This document shows positions 10,883-20,209 of a stretch of 64,000 nt of DNA, one piece after another (position 1 is the first letter of the stretch; each line of letters starts with the position of its first letter). A program made the translations under genes and the position numbers. The DNA is from Macrostomum lignano (Eukaryota). The notes beneath the pieces are model-generated. The model was not told the DNA's origin, searched no databases, and saw only the letters and a program-made list of their open reading frames with translations. Location: positions 104,803 to 168,802 of the forward strand of contig NIVC01000877.1 of NCBI GenBank assembly GCA_002269645.1, read 5' to 3'.

Positions 10883-12194
10883 ACTGTGCCAGGAACAATG
10901 TCGCGAAGTTCAGTCAGTTGCAGTTGCTTGTCAAATATACCTCCAAATATGACGTTGTACACGGTACTAGTTGCAGCATTGAAGCGTAACTCTAGTTTTA
11001 CATTTCCTTCCTTATACAGTTGCACTCCCCGTCCGACACCAGGTTCACTTCCAAGACTGAATGCAAAAATTGAGTAACCATTGGCGTAATCCAGCATATT
11101 AAATCCAATATCTCGTCCCTGTAGATAGATTCCAAGCTGTTGTAGCAAAAAATTATACTCTGTCACACAATCATCTCCAAAGTTTGTCTGCAGCGGACGC
11201 GATGGTACCGAGTCTCCATTCACAAACACACCAATGCTGCTCACATTTGCATGCTCAAAGTTGAACGGATTTGTGTCCATGCTTCCATTGAATGCCTTGT
11301 TGCTTACGATTGCCATCAATAAAAGCCGTGGTACCCCACTAGGAAACAAATTTTCATGCGTATGGCTAGACGATCCTCGGGTATAGTAAACGTACCAAGG
11401 CTTAGACTTCGGTGCGGATATAATGCATTGTGACTTTTAAGTCCATGAGCATGTGCACTGATAACACTCGGCGAGGGTTGAACAAACCGCAATCGTAGTT
11501 CTGCACGCAAAAACTTGATCTCATAGTCTTTTAAAACCGCACCAGCTTCTAATGTTGACCCGCTCAGGACAAATTTACTTTTTGCCGGTATGAGCTTGAT
11601 CCGTAGTGGTGTCTTTGATAGTAGATACCGAGGCTGACGAAACAAATCCAAGAATAACGGCCCCGATACAGTGCACCGCCTATTGTTAGCAATGAGCGCC
11701 TGCCTCTTTGTTCGTCCATCGTTTTCACTTGTTGCATTCATTTTACCAGCTGTATCCTTGTAAAACCCCCACGGCAGTAAACCAGCCTTCTGAGCTGTAT
11801 GTCCATATTCCAGTAATGTAAGAAGCATAGCCTTGTATGGATACATAAAACTACCACCTTCAACTACAGTATCGCCAATAGTAAATTGAACGTCCTCAAA
11901 CAATGTTCCAATAACCAAATTATTCAAACAAACAAAATTTTTCGTTGCATCTATAGGTTCACCTTCACTATCACTAACGCTGAAGCATACCGTGAGCACA
12001 GTTTCTTGTAGATCCAAATACAAATCGCCTGCAGGCACAACTTCAAATTCGATAGGTGATCCTTTTGTAATACCATGTTGCGGTTGAATGTTAGTATATC
12101 GATTATCCAAAACACTAAACTGAACAGGACTTTGATCAAATAGCGACAATTCACTTTTAAGAGCAGCAATATCAGGTCCAAGCAAATGGTTCAT
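10873..12194 (-). pseudogene. Duplicate major capsid protein gene with a 1-bp frameshift
   Basis: Appears identical to 12706-14028 except G4 to G3 at about 11379-11381, which splits it into the 296-aa and 158-aa ORFs. Confidence 0.85.
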
Positions 12195-12195
12195 G

Positions 12196-12654
12196 CTACT
12201 TTTCAAACAGACTAAAAAGTTTCTTGCTTGCAGTAGCAGTTCGACGTTTTCCTATACCACCGGTCTTCTTGCGTTTTCTTTTGTTCACGCGTCCCTTTCC
12301 ACACTGTCTTGTTCGTCGTTTCTTTTGCCGTTTCTTCTTTCCTAAGCTTATAGCCACTCCACTGGTTCTTTTCCTTCGCTTTGGTCTCGAAACTGCAGTT
12401 GTATTAAACATCTCTTCGCTCGATTCTGTGTCCAAGTGACGCTTCCGACCCATACCAATTTTTGCTGTCGCACTTTTCAAATACTCCAGACCACGATCCA
12501 AGAAATCTTTCTTTGCGTTGCGTAGTACAGGATACACCAATCTGTCCGCCAAATTTGACAAAAAACCGTAACCTTCGTAAACAGGAATGCCATATCCACC
12601 TCCACCTTCAGCAGATCTATTCGGACCAGAATAAAAAGCAAAAATAGGATCCAT
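12196..12654 (-). CDS. Duplicate of the Arg/Lys-rich putative core protein
   Basis: Same translation as 14030-14488; part of the tandem duplication. Confidence 0.7.
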   Translation of the reverse strand: MDPIFAFYSGPNRSAEGGGGYGIPVYEGYGFLSNLADRLVYPVLRNAKKDFLDRGLEYLKSATAKIGMGRKRHLDTESSEEMFNTTAVSRPKRRKRTSGVAISLGKKKRQKKRRTRQCGKGRVNKRKRKKTGGIGKRRTATASKKLFSLFEK

Positions 12655-12705
12655 TTCAACAGTCTTCTCTTCGTCATGTTACACCACGATCTAGGATAGA
12701 ATCAA

Positions 12706-14028
12706 TTACTTCCATACTGTGCCAGGAACAATGTCGCGAAGTTCAGTCAGTTGCAGTTGCTTGTCAAATATACCTCCAAATATGACGTTGTACACGGTAC
12801 TAGTTGCAGCATTGAAGCGTAACTCTAGTTTTACATTTCCTTCCTTATACAGTTGCACTCCCCGTCCGACACCAGGTTCACTTCCAAGACTGAATGCAAA
12901 AATTGAGTAACCATTGGCGTAATCCAGCATATTAAATCCAATATCTCGTCCCTGTAGATAGATTCCAAGCTGTTGTAGCAAAAAATTATACTCTGTCACA
13001 CAATCATCTCCAAAGTTTGTCTGCAGCGGACGCGATGGTACCGAGTCTCCATTCACAAACACACCAATGCTGCTCACATTTGCATGCTCAAAGTTGAACG
13101 GATTTGTGTCCATGCTTCCATTGAATGCCTTGTTGCTTACGATTGCCATCAATAAAAGCCGTGGTACCCCACTAGGAAACAAATTTTCATGCGTATGGCT
13201 AGACGATCCTCGGGGTATAGTAAACGTACCAAGGCTTAGACTTCGGTGCGGATATAATGCATTGTGACTTTTAAGTCCATGAGCATGTGCACTGATAACA
13301 CTCGGCGAGGGTTGAACAAACCGCAATCGTAGTTCTGCACGCAAAAACTTGATCTCATAGTCTTTTAAAACCGCACCAGCTTCTAATGTTGACCCGCTCA
13401 GGACAAATTTACTTTTTGCCGGTATGAGCTTGATCCGTAGTGGTGTCTTTGATAGTAGATACCGAGGCTGACGAAACAAATCCAAGAATAACGGCCCCGA
13501 TACAGTGCACCGCCTATTGTTAGCAATGAGCGCCTGCCTCTTTGTTCGTCCATCGTTTTCACTTGTTGCATTCATTTTACCAGCTGTATCCTTGTAAAAC
13601 CCCCACGGCAGTAAACCAGCCTTCTGAGCTGTATGTCCATATTCCAGTAATGTAAGAAGCATAGCCTTGTATGGATACATAAAACTACCACCTTCAACTA
13701 CAGTATCGCCAATAGTAAATTGAACGTCCTCAAACAATGTTCCAATAACCAAATTATTCAAACAAACAAAATTTTTCGTTGCATCTATAGGTTCACCTTC
13801 ACTATCACTAACGCTGAAGCATACCGTGAGCACAGTTTCTTGTAGATCCAAATACAAATCGCCTGCAGGCACAACTTCAAATTCGATAGGTGATCCTTTT
13901 GTAATACCATGTTGCGGTTGAATGTTAGTATATCGATTATCCAAAACACTAAACTGAACAGGACTTTGATCAAATAGCGACAATTCACTTTTAAGAGCAG
14001 CAATATCAGGTCCAAGCAAATGGTTCAT
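12706..14028 (-). CDS. Double jelly-roll major capsid protein (Polinton PY / hexon-like), about 440 aa
   Basis: Size, position next to the protease, and the motifs SELSLF, IEFEV, PYKAML and AFNGSMDTNPFNFEH typical of Polinton MCPs. First ATG at 14028 (the track uses an alternative start at 14040). Confidence 0.9.
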   Translation of the reverse strand: MNHLLGPDIAALKSELSLFDQSPVQFSVLDNRYTNIQPQHGITKGSPIEFEVVPAGDLYLDLQETVLTVCFSVSDSEGEPIDATKNFVCLNNLVIGTLFEDVQFTIGDTVVEGGSFMYPYKAMLLTLLEYGHTAQKAGLLPWGFYKDTAGKMNATSENDGRTKRQALIANNRRCTVSGPLFLDLFRQPRYLLSKTPLRIKLIPAKSKFVLSGSTLEAGAVLKDYEIKFLRAELRLRFVQPSPSVISAHAHGLKSHNALYPHRSLSLGTFTIPRGSSSHTHENLFPSGVPRLLLMAIVSNKAFNGSMDTNPFNFEHANVSSIGVFVNGDSVPSRPLQTNFGDDCVTEYNFLLQQLGIYLQGRDIGFNMLDYANGYSIFAFSLGSEPGVGRGVQLYKEGNVKLELRFNAATSTVYNVIFGGIFDKQLQLTELRDIVPGTVWK

Positions 14029-14029
14029 G

Positions 14030-14488
14030 CTACTTTTCAAACAGACTAAAAAGTTTCTTGCTTGCAGTAGCAGTTCGACGTTTTCCTATACCACCGGTCT
14101 TCTTGCGTTTTCTTTTGTTCACGCGTCCCTTTCCACACTGTCTTGTTCGTCGTTTCTTTTGCCGTTTCTTCTTTCCTAAGCTTATAGCCACTCCACTGGT
14201 TCTTTTCCTTCGCTTTGGTCTCGAAACTGCAGTTGTATTAAACATCTCTTCGCTCGATTCTGTGTCCAAGTGACGCTTCCGACCCATACCAATTTTTGCT
14301 GTCGCACTTTTCAAATACTCCAGACCACGATCCAAGAAATCTTTCTTTGCGTTGCGTAGTACAGGATACACCAATCTGTCCGCCAAATTTGACAAAAAAC
14401 CGTAACCTTCGTAAACAGGAATGCCATATCCACCTCCACCTTCAGCAGATCTATTCGGACCAGAATAAAAAGCAAAAATAGGATCCAT
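14030..14488 (-). CDS. Basic putative DNA-condensing core protein
   Basis: 152 aa. N-terminal GYG motifs and amphipathic helix, K/R-rich C-terminal half (RPKRRKR, KKKRQKKRR, KRKRKK). Immediately upstream of the MCP. Confidence 0.65.
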   Translation of the reverse strand: MDPIFAFYSGPNRSAEGGGGYGIPVYEGYGFLSNLADRLVYPVLRNAKKDFLDRGLEYLKSATAKIGMGRKRHLDTESSEEMFNTTAVSRPKRRKRTSGVAISLGKKKRQKKRRTRQCGKGRVNKRKRKKTGGIGKRRTATASKKLFSLFEK

Positions 14489-14529
14489 TTCAACAGTCTT
14501 CTCTTCGTCATGCAATCCCAATTCATGTG

Positions 14530-15690
14530 TTACTTATACACTTTAGAAAATAGTTTAGCAGTCTTTGCGTCAAGATCATTTTCGTTTAACCACTGACTTC
14601 TTGAGATTGGCATACCTTTCCATTTTACTAGATACAGACGACTTCCATTTTTCGCTCGATCAGTTTCAATAACTTTTTCAATTTCATTAGGTGTTTCATC
14701 TGTCTCGTTTACCAACATTAGTTCCGCTTGGTTAAACCTTCCTTTCAGCACTTCAAATCCATCTTCAGGGTCCACTAATTCGTACATTGGCGGGTCTGTC
14801 AAGTGTACACGATGAATGCGATATTTTGAATTACTCCAAGTCGTAGTGTATCCTTTTTCAAATGTTCCTCGACGTCGTGTAATTCTAACCCAATCACCAA
14901 CTTTAAATTTATTCTCATTCTTTTTAGTGTACGACTTCGCAAACATTTTGTCCCACAAAATTCCTTGTAAATGCGGGTCTGTCTCTACCCGTTTTGGTGT
15001 TTCTCCACTCAAGGATCGATGAGGACTAGAGTTGAAATTATCTTCCAATTGCGGTAAAATGTCAAACCATCGAGGTAAATTTTTTGCTCGAAAGTATCGT
15101 AATAGACGTTCCTTTAACGAGCGGATAAATCGTTCAGCCATGCTTGCCTTGTAATTGCTTTGGCTAACAAAAAATCGAACTCCTTCCTGTTTCAGCATTT
15201 GACGTGTAGCTCTTCCGAGAAACTCCATACCAGCATCACCTTGTAAATAAACAGGCTTAAAACCACTTCGAAAAATCTCTAGTAATACTTGACTAACTTC
15301 TGAAGGCTTCTTTGTACGCAATGGTCTTAGTCGTACAACTCTAGTAAAACAGTCGATAAGAACAAGTATGTAACGATAACCTCGATTTTCCGTCTTGTAT
15401 TGAGGTAAATCTGCCAAATCGATTTGAAACTGAAACTTTGCAACTGGTGGCACACTAATTTTTGGAGTTGGAAAGTTTCGTCGTGTTTTTCGAAATAAAT
15501 GATGCTCATTTGTTGATCGCACCCAATTATCAACTTCGCGCTTTGCAACTTTGTTCGTAATCTGTGGAAACTTTTTACGTACTTCACGAACAAGTATAGT
15601 CTTGTTACCACTAAATGAAGTAGGCCTGTTCAAGTTAAAAAAAGCATCCGTCAAAAATTCTTCAATTTCCTTACGCACTCGCTTCATCAT
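14530..15690 (-). CDS. Retroviral-type (RVE) DDE integrase with C-terminal chromodomain
   Basis: FQIDLADL (D), LQGDAGMEF (D), AERFIRSLK (E), FKVGDWVRI, FEKGY, and the chromo-like IEKVI...YLVKWKG...QWL. Consistent with the 6-bp TSD. Confidence 0.95.
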   Translation of the reverse strand: MMKRVRKEIEEFLTDAFFNLNRPTSFSGNKTILVREVRKKFPQITNKVAKREVDNWVRSTNEHHLFRKTRRNFPTPKISVPPVAKFQFQIDLADLPQYKTENRGYRYILVLIDCFTRVVRLRPLRTKKPSEVSQVLLEIFRSGFKPVYLQGDAGMEFLGRATRQMLKQEGVRFFVSQSNYKASMAERFIRSLKERLLRYFRAKNLPRWFDILPQLEDNFNSSPHRSLSGETPKRVETDPHLQGILWDKMFAKSYTKKNENKFKVGDWVRITRRRGTFEKGYTTTWSNSKYRIHRVHLTDPPMYELVDPEDGFEVLKGRFNQAELMLVNETDETPNEIEKVIETDRAKNGSRLYLVKWKGMPISRSQWLNENDLDAKTAKLFSKVYK

Positions 15691-15859
15691 CAGTTAGATT
15701 GATGCTAGTCGTTTGACAGTTGCAACAAAAGAACGAAGCCTCGATCGAATCTCCGTCAGTATCCTCGTTGTGCTCCTTTCCCAGAAACGGCACACATTCA
15801 GATTTTATGCAAAAAAACTCACAGAGACGAATCAAAAGTTTTTGGAAGATAGATGACAT
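15671..15859 (-). CDS. Small Cys-rich hypothetical protein (62 aa)
   Basis: ATG start, TATAAGC box 64 nt upstream, overlaps the integrase start. No recognisable family. Confidence 0.35.
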   Translation of the reverse strand: MSSIFQKLLIRLCEFFCIKSECVPFLGKEHNEDTDGDSIEASFFCCNCQTTSINLTDDEASA

Positions 15860-15971
15860 GGTTTGTCTTATTAAACTATATATTTTTCATAAACAAAAAA
15901 TTAACCTTTTTAAAAAGCTTATAGTGCTCGAATCAATTTTGTTAAAACGTAATCTGTAATTTTAAAACAAC

Positions 15972-16661
15972 TTAATTCAGTGTTTGATAATTTTCAAACA
16001 GACTAAGATCCTCCTTTGCAACAGTTTTTGGAGCAGACATTAGCTCGTTTCGTACATGACGCCCGATTTGGTTTGCTGCGATTCCACGTTTTCGAAGAAA
16101 GTCTAAAAATGTTTTTAGTCCACTAGGCGGTTGAGTCTCGTGTCGCTTAAGCGGTCTGTCTCGAACAACATATTCCATGAGATCTTGTATCTCGGCATCA
16201 GTCAAATTAGCCAGCATTGGTTCTGCATTCTTGTCCATGTCCGAAAATAGGTTTTGAGCGAGAGCTTCGAAACGTGGTAAAAAAACTTTAGGAATTTCCC
16301 TTGATTCGCTGGCATATGAACTTCTTACAGTAGTCCCTTTGCGAACAAGTGACAGATTGTCCTCGTCTCCAGTGCGATAGACTTTGCGCAATTTTAAAAG
16401 TTTGTCTTCCAATCTGCTTCGTTTCAATTGAGCTGTGTAATTTGGCTCCTTTTCCATTTCCTTGTCCAAGTTATCCATTTGGTCTCTCATTTCCACCATA
16501 TTTTTTGCCAGAGCATCTTGCGGTGCGTCTAAAACTTCAGTTTTTCGAGGTGTCTCAGCAGTTGGTGACGATCCTTGCTCTGCACCTTGACATGCAGATT
16601 GATACACAGATTCAGGTACTAGATACATTCGTTGAAAACTACTACTCTCGTTAGTTCGCAT
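15972..16661 (-). CDS. Polinton hypothetical protein (229 aa, predicted helical/coiled coil)
   Basis: Tightly packed ORF in the virion module. RMYLVP resembles the N-terminal motif of unannotated Polinton ORFs as I recall them. Confidence 0.7.
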   Translation of the reverse strand: MRTNESSSFQRMYLVPESVYQSACQGAEQGSSPTAETPRKTEVLDAPQDALAKNMVEMRDQMDNLDKEMEKEPNYTAQLKRSRLEDKLLKLRKVYRTGDEDNLSLVRKGTTVRSSYASESREIPKVFLPRFEALAQNLFSDMDKNAEPMLANLTDAEIQDLMEYVVRDRPLKRHETQPPSGLKTFLDFLRKRGIAANQIGRHVRNELMSAPKTVAKEDLSLFENYQTLN

Positions 16662-16671
16662 TATATTCCTA

Positions 16672-17100
16672 CTACTTTCGTTGAATTGATCGTATTAAAT
16701 TCGCTGCTCCCGCGGCGGTACCAACTACTCCAGACGTTATCCCAAGCGCAGTGCTTATAGCAGGTAGAGCGGCAATAATTGGAGCCAAAAAAGGTAAAAA
16801 TCCTCCGTGTTGGACAAGTATTTTCCTTTTTGCAGTAATTGGAGTCTTCTGTTCCAAAAGCTGGCGTATATATCTGCGATGCTTCTCAAGTCGTCTTTTG
16901 TTACAGTTACTAATTTTAATACGTCCACTAATAATATTAAACAGAAAGTCTACTAGACATCGTATCTCCGACTCTGAAAGTGTTTGTAAAAAACTTTTTC
17001 TCTGCTTTGGATGCTTTAGCCGATAAACAATTTGTAGTAAAAAAGCACACTGACACAATGAGCGAGCATTTTGTTTTCCTTTTTCTGTTAGTTCGCTCAT
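16672..17100 (-). CDS. Putative membrane-active virion protein with C-terminal amphipathic peptide (GGFLPFLAPIIAAL...)
   Basis: Basic middle region, then QHGG-FLPFLAPIIAALPAISTALG. Similar GGFL-tail proteins recur in Polintons/adintoviruses (from memory). Confidence 0.7.
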   Translation of the reverse strand: MSELTEKGKQNARSLCQCAFLLQIVYRLKHPKQRKSFLQTLSESEIRCLVDFLFNIISGRIKISNCNKRRLEKHRRYIRQLLEQKTPITAKRKILVQHGGFLPFLAPIIAALPAISTALGITSGVVGTAAGAANLIRSIQRK

Positions 17101-17156
17101 TCTTACAAAACAAATTCACAAAATTTTCTATTACACAATTAATCTTTGCTTATAAA

Positions 17157-18146
17157 TTAGTCCGACCTATGTTTAAAATGCAGTACGACAACAACGTGTG
17201 CTCCCGGATCAAAATTAAACGGTTTTCCGCGCTGGTCCGATAGTCGAATCGAAATCTCGTGAATTTGTTGTCGATTTGTTTTCAAGTAGTAGGGTGTTTG
17301 CAATGCACTGCTATCGCGTATAAGTTCTCCGTTTTTCTTTTGTTGGAGTTCCACAACTCGAAGCAACGGTACTGATGTACTTCCCACTGCTTGATACTCG
17401 ATTATATCTGTGTAACAGTACATGTAAACCGTTTTACTAGGCATCGGAGAAGGTAGCACAGCATCCAAGTAGGTTTTGTTAATGCGCCAAACACGATTTC
17501 TCAACCAATATTGGTGTACTTTGATGTACACTTCTCCTTCCGTTTTTCGAAGATAGTCTCCATGCGAAACAAGTCGTATAGCTTCACCAGGCGATAGAAC
17601 ACAATAAAAAACATAATAGTTCTCAGGTACTAGCGCTAGAGTATTGTCGAGACTTTTTATCAAATCCAAGTATGAACCATCCGGTGGTTGTACACTACCA
17701 GCGGCAGGTTTTGATAATTTTTCCGAGACAAGTCCAGAAAGTTTCTTCCAAGAGTCAAATTTGAAAGCGTCCATAAATGTAACTGGTAGTTCTAATCCAA
17801 TAGTTTTTTCGCCTGAATTTCGTAAAAGCCAGGCAAATTTTTCATCTGTACCAGACGGTTGCCAGGAAACGTAAGCATCCAAGTCTGCCTCTGCCCAAAC
17901 ACGACCCCAATAGTTTTTCTTTAATCGTATTATTGAGTCAATGTCCGCAAAATATGGAACTTCAAATCGACGCTCACGATGAGCATTTGGCGTCGTAATT
18001 GCTCCATGGCACAGTAATTCAACTAGTGCAACCTCGAAGAATCCGTTCAATAAATTTATTGGTTCAGTTAGTCGCACTCGAAATTCATTAGGCGAGTTGG
18101 TTTCGTAACTGATATCGTTTGACGGCAAAAAAACGTAAAAACTCAT
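17157..18146 (-). CDS. Minor capsid protein / penton (Polinton PX)
   Basis: N-terminal FYVFLPSN...NEFRVRL..PINL..GFFEVALVE and C-terminal MYCYTDIIEYQAVG...PLLRVV...ISIRLSDQ...F: the penton signature. Confidence 0.88.
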   Translation of the reverse strand: MSFYVFLPSNDISYETNSPNEFRVRLTEPINLLNGFFEVALVELLCHGAITTPNAHRERRFEVPYFADIDSIIRLKKNYWGRVWAEADLDAYVSWQPSGTDEKFAWLLRNSGEKTIGLELPVTFMDAFKFDSWKKLSGLVSEKLSKPAAGSVQPPDGSYLDLIKSLDNTLALVPENYYVFYCVLSPGEAIRLVSHGDYLRKTEGEVYIKVHQYWLRNRVWRINKTYLDAVLPSPMPSKTVYMYCYTDIIEYQAVGSTSVPLLRVVELQQKKNGELIRDSSALQTPYYLKTNRQQIHEISIRLSDQRGKPFNFDPGAHVVVVLHFKHRSD

Positions 18147-18181
18147 TTTGAAATAAAACACAAACTAATATTGACAACAGT

Positions 18182-18898
18182 TTATAATTTGCTTATAATA
18201 ATATTACACAAACTTTGCATCACATTCACGAGTATAGACAACTTGTTCATCACCAGAAATATTCCTGTTCTCAATCGTAAAAAATCTGGTGTCACTTGCC
18301 GCAGGTCAATGAATAAATATGAAAAAGGTTTGTTATTTGTTGCGTCTTCATACACATTCACTAGAAACCTACTATTACGCGGATACATTTGTCGACCGAG
18401 ATGTTCAACTGTGGTTCGATCGCGCACACTACGAGTTAGACAAATATAACTAGCTGATAAACTTCGCATGCGTGCTTCTGGATCAGACTTGTTAAAAAGA
18501 CCTTGACAAAGGTACAGACAAGTCAAAGGGATATGATGCGCATGCTTTGTAAACATACTAGTAAATTCTGGCAACTTAGCAATCTCGCTTTGCAAGTCGT
18601 CAACAACAACCAAATCGTGTGGTAAAAAACGATTAATCATCTGTGGTGTGAATTCGGGTACAAAAACAATAGGGTCAAGACCGCTTTTTTGCCAGCATGT
18701 TCTAATTCGTTGTTGATCGTCTGGTTTCAAACTTGATCCATGGCACCAAACAAGACGGCACGGTTTTTTATCAAATAATTCTTTTCGTTCAGTCAACAAA
18801 CGCAACGTCCATTCAGTTTTACCCGAGTTTGAAGGTCCAGCAATAATAAATGTAGAATCGTGAGCTAGTTGCATATTGTATGGCTGCTGCATTTTCAA
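18182..18898 (-). CDS. A32/FtsK-like genome packaging ATPase
   Basis: Walker A GPSNSGKT, Walker B LVVVDD, plus FTKHAHH, LCQ, NKPFSYLFIDL. Confidence 0.93.
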   Translation of the reverse strand: MKMQQPYNMQLAHDSTFIIAGPSNSGKTEWTLRLLTERKELFDKKPCRLVWCHGSSLKPDDQQRIRTCWQKSGLDPIVFVPEFTPQMINRFLPHDLVVVDDLQSEIAKLPEFTSMFTKHAHHIPLTCLYLCQGLFNKSDPEARMRSLSASYICLTRSVRDRTTVEHLGRQMYPRNSRFLVNVYEDATNNKPFSYLFIDLRQVTPDFLRLRTGIFLVMNKLSILVNVMQSLCNIIISKL

Positions 18899-19338
18899 GC
18901 ACCAAAGCGTTGCTTAACTTGCATAACCTTGGTAACCAACTTCGCAGCTAGTTTTTCTTTCCAACCAGTAGACGGATCGTGGGCAATCTCTCGTGCACCA
19001 GATTCTAATAGCTTATCAGCTTTTAACCTCTCTTGCACGTCAGAATTTTTATCATAGGCCACGTCGTGAAGCATGCACAAATTGTCAAGCCGATTAATTC
19101 CTCGTTGTCCTTTTGCTAGCCTAGCTTGCAGTTGCGTACCTGGACCACAAAACTGATATCCGCCGGGTAAATGTGCTTCAAATGGTAAATGATTAATTAA
19201 CCAATTTACGACACCATAACCTTGTTGCTTTTTATTAATCTTTCTAATAGATTTCTTCTTTTTACGAATGCTCTTCTTTTTCTTTTTAAAACCTCGATCT
19301 TTCGCTGGAGACATTTTTACAACATATATTTTAGGCAT
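18895..19338 (-). CDS. Parvovirus-type phospholipase A2 domain protein (PLA2X-like)
   Basis: YQFCGPGT (Ca-binding loop) and NRLDNLCMLHDVAY (His-Asp), preceded by a Lys-rich N-terminus. The likely start may be the second ATG at 19314. Confidence 0.88.
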   Translation of the reverse strand: MPKIYVVKMSPAKDRGFKKKKKSIRKKKKSIRKINKKQQGYGVVNWLINHLPFEAHLPGGYQFCGPGTQLQARLAKGQRGINRLDNLCMLHDVAYDKNSDVQERLKADKLLESGAREIAHDPSTGWKEKLAAKLVTKVMQVKQRFGA

Positions 19339-19429
19339 AAATTTTTAAAATTGCTTATAGTATTTACAAAGCTCTCGCATAGTGCACCAATCACCAAAGA
19401 AAAAAATCAGTTTATTATTATTATTATAC

Positions 19430-19912
19430 TTATTGGCCAGTGCTGCCAAAGCCGCCAAAGCCGCGCCGCTTGGTCGGCGGCTCAATCATCCGAATCGAAT
19501 TGTCTGCTTCAGTCACATAGACTGAAGCAAGCACGGCCTGCTCCAGAACCAGTTGTGCAATACTGAGCCCGGCATAGTACTCAAAGTCTTCCGGACTGTA
19601 ATTAAACAAGACTATACAGATTTCACCAGTATAGTCGGGGTCGATTACGCCACCGCCAACAAATAAGCTGTGCAGAGCCATGCTGGAACGTCCCGCTATC
19701 CTGCCATAGGTACCAGGCGGTAAGCGAATTTTGAGTCCGGTTCGCACACTCCGGGACTCGTAGGCCGGAATGGTACCATCGACGCCAGCGCAAAGATCAT
19801 ACCCGATCGACCCGACAGTTTTTCGGGTCGGAATCGTTGCCGAATCGTATAGACGTTCAACTAAAAGCTTACGATCAGTTAGTTGTTGTTGCTGCTGCTG
19901 CTCGGGATTCAT
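19430..19912 (-). CDS. dut: dUTPase
   Basis: All five trimeric dUTPase motifs: GSIGYDL, GRIAGRSS, GVIDPDYTGEI, IAQLV, RGFGGFGSTG. ATG taken at 19912. Confidence 0.95.
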   Translation of the reverse strand: MNPEQQQQQQLTDRKLLVERLYDSATIPTRKTVGSIGYDLCAGVDGTIPAYESRSVRTGLKIRLPPGTYGRIAGRSSMALHSLFVGGGVIDPDYTGEICIVLFNYSPEDFEYYAGLSIAQLVLEQAVLASVYVTEADNSIRMIEPPTKRRGFGGFGSTGQ

Positions 19913-20209
19913 GTCGATTCTTGTAGCTGAAAGTTTAAAAAAAAGTTTTTTTTCTTGAAACATGAACGATAGCACTACATTTACGTCTACTACAAACACA
20001 AGCTTAGTCTTGAGAATCTAACTATAAAAAATATACTTTTTCAAATAATTAAACACAAAAAAGTGCTAAAATTATAATTTAAACGAATGCCGGTATCATT
20101 TATTTATTGTAAATAATGATCAATGAAAAAATTAATGATGGGTTACAGTCTTCTATAGCATGCTATTACTTTGTACAACAAAAGAGATCAGAGCATATTG
20201 TTAATTAAT

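Noticed and set aside
11010-11017. TATAAGG inside the MCP 3' end as the protease promoter
   Set aside because: Lies in coding sequence (LYKE), has a different last base, and is about 130 nt from the ATG, outside the 45-64-nt spacing.
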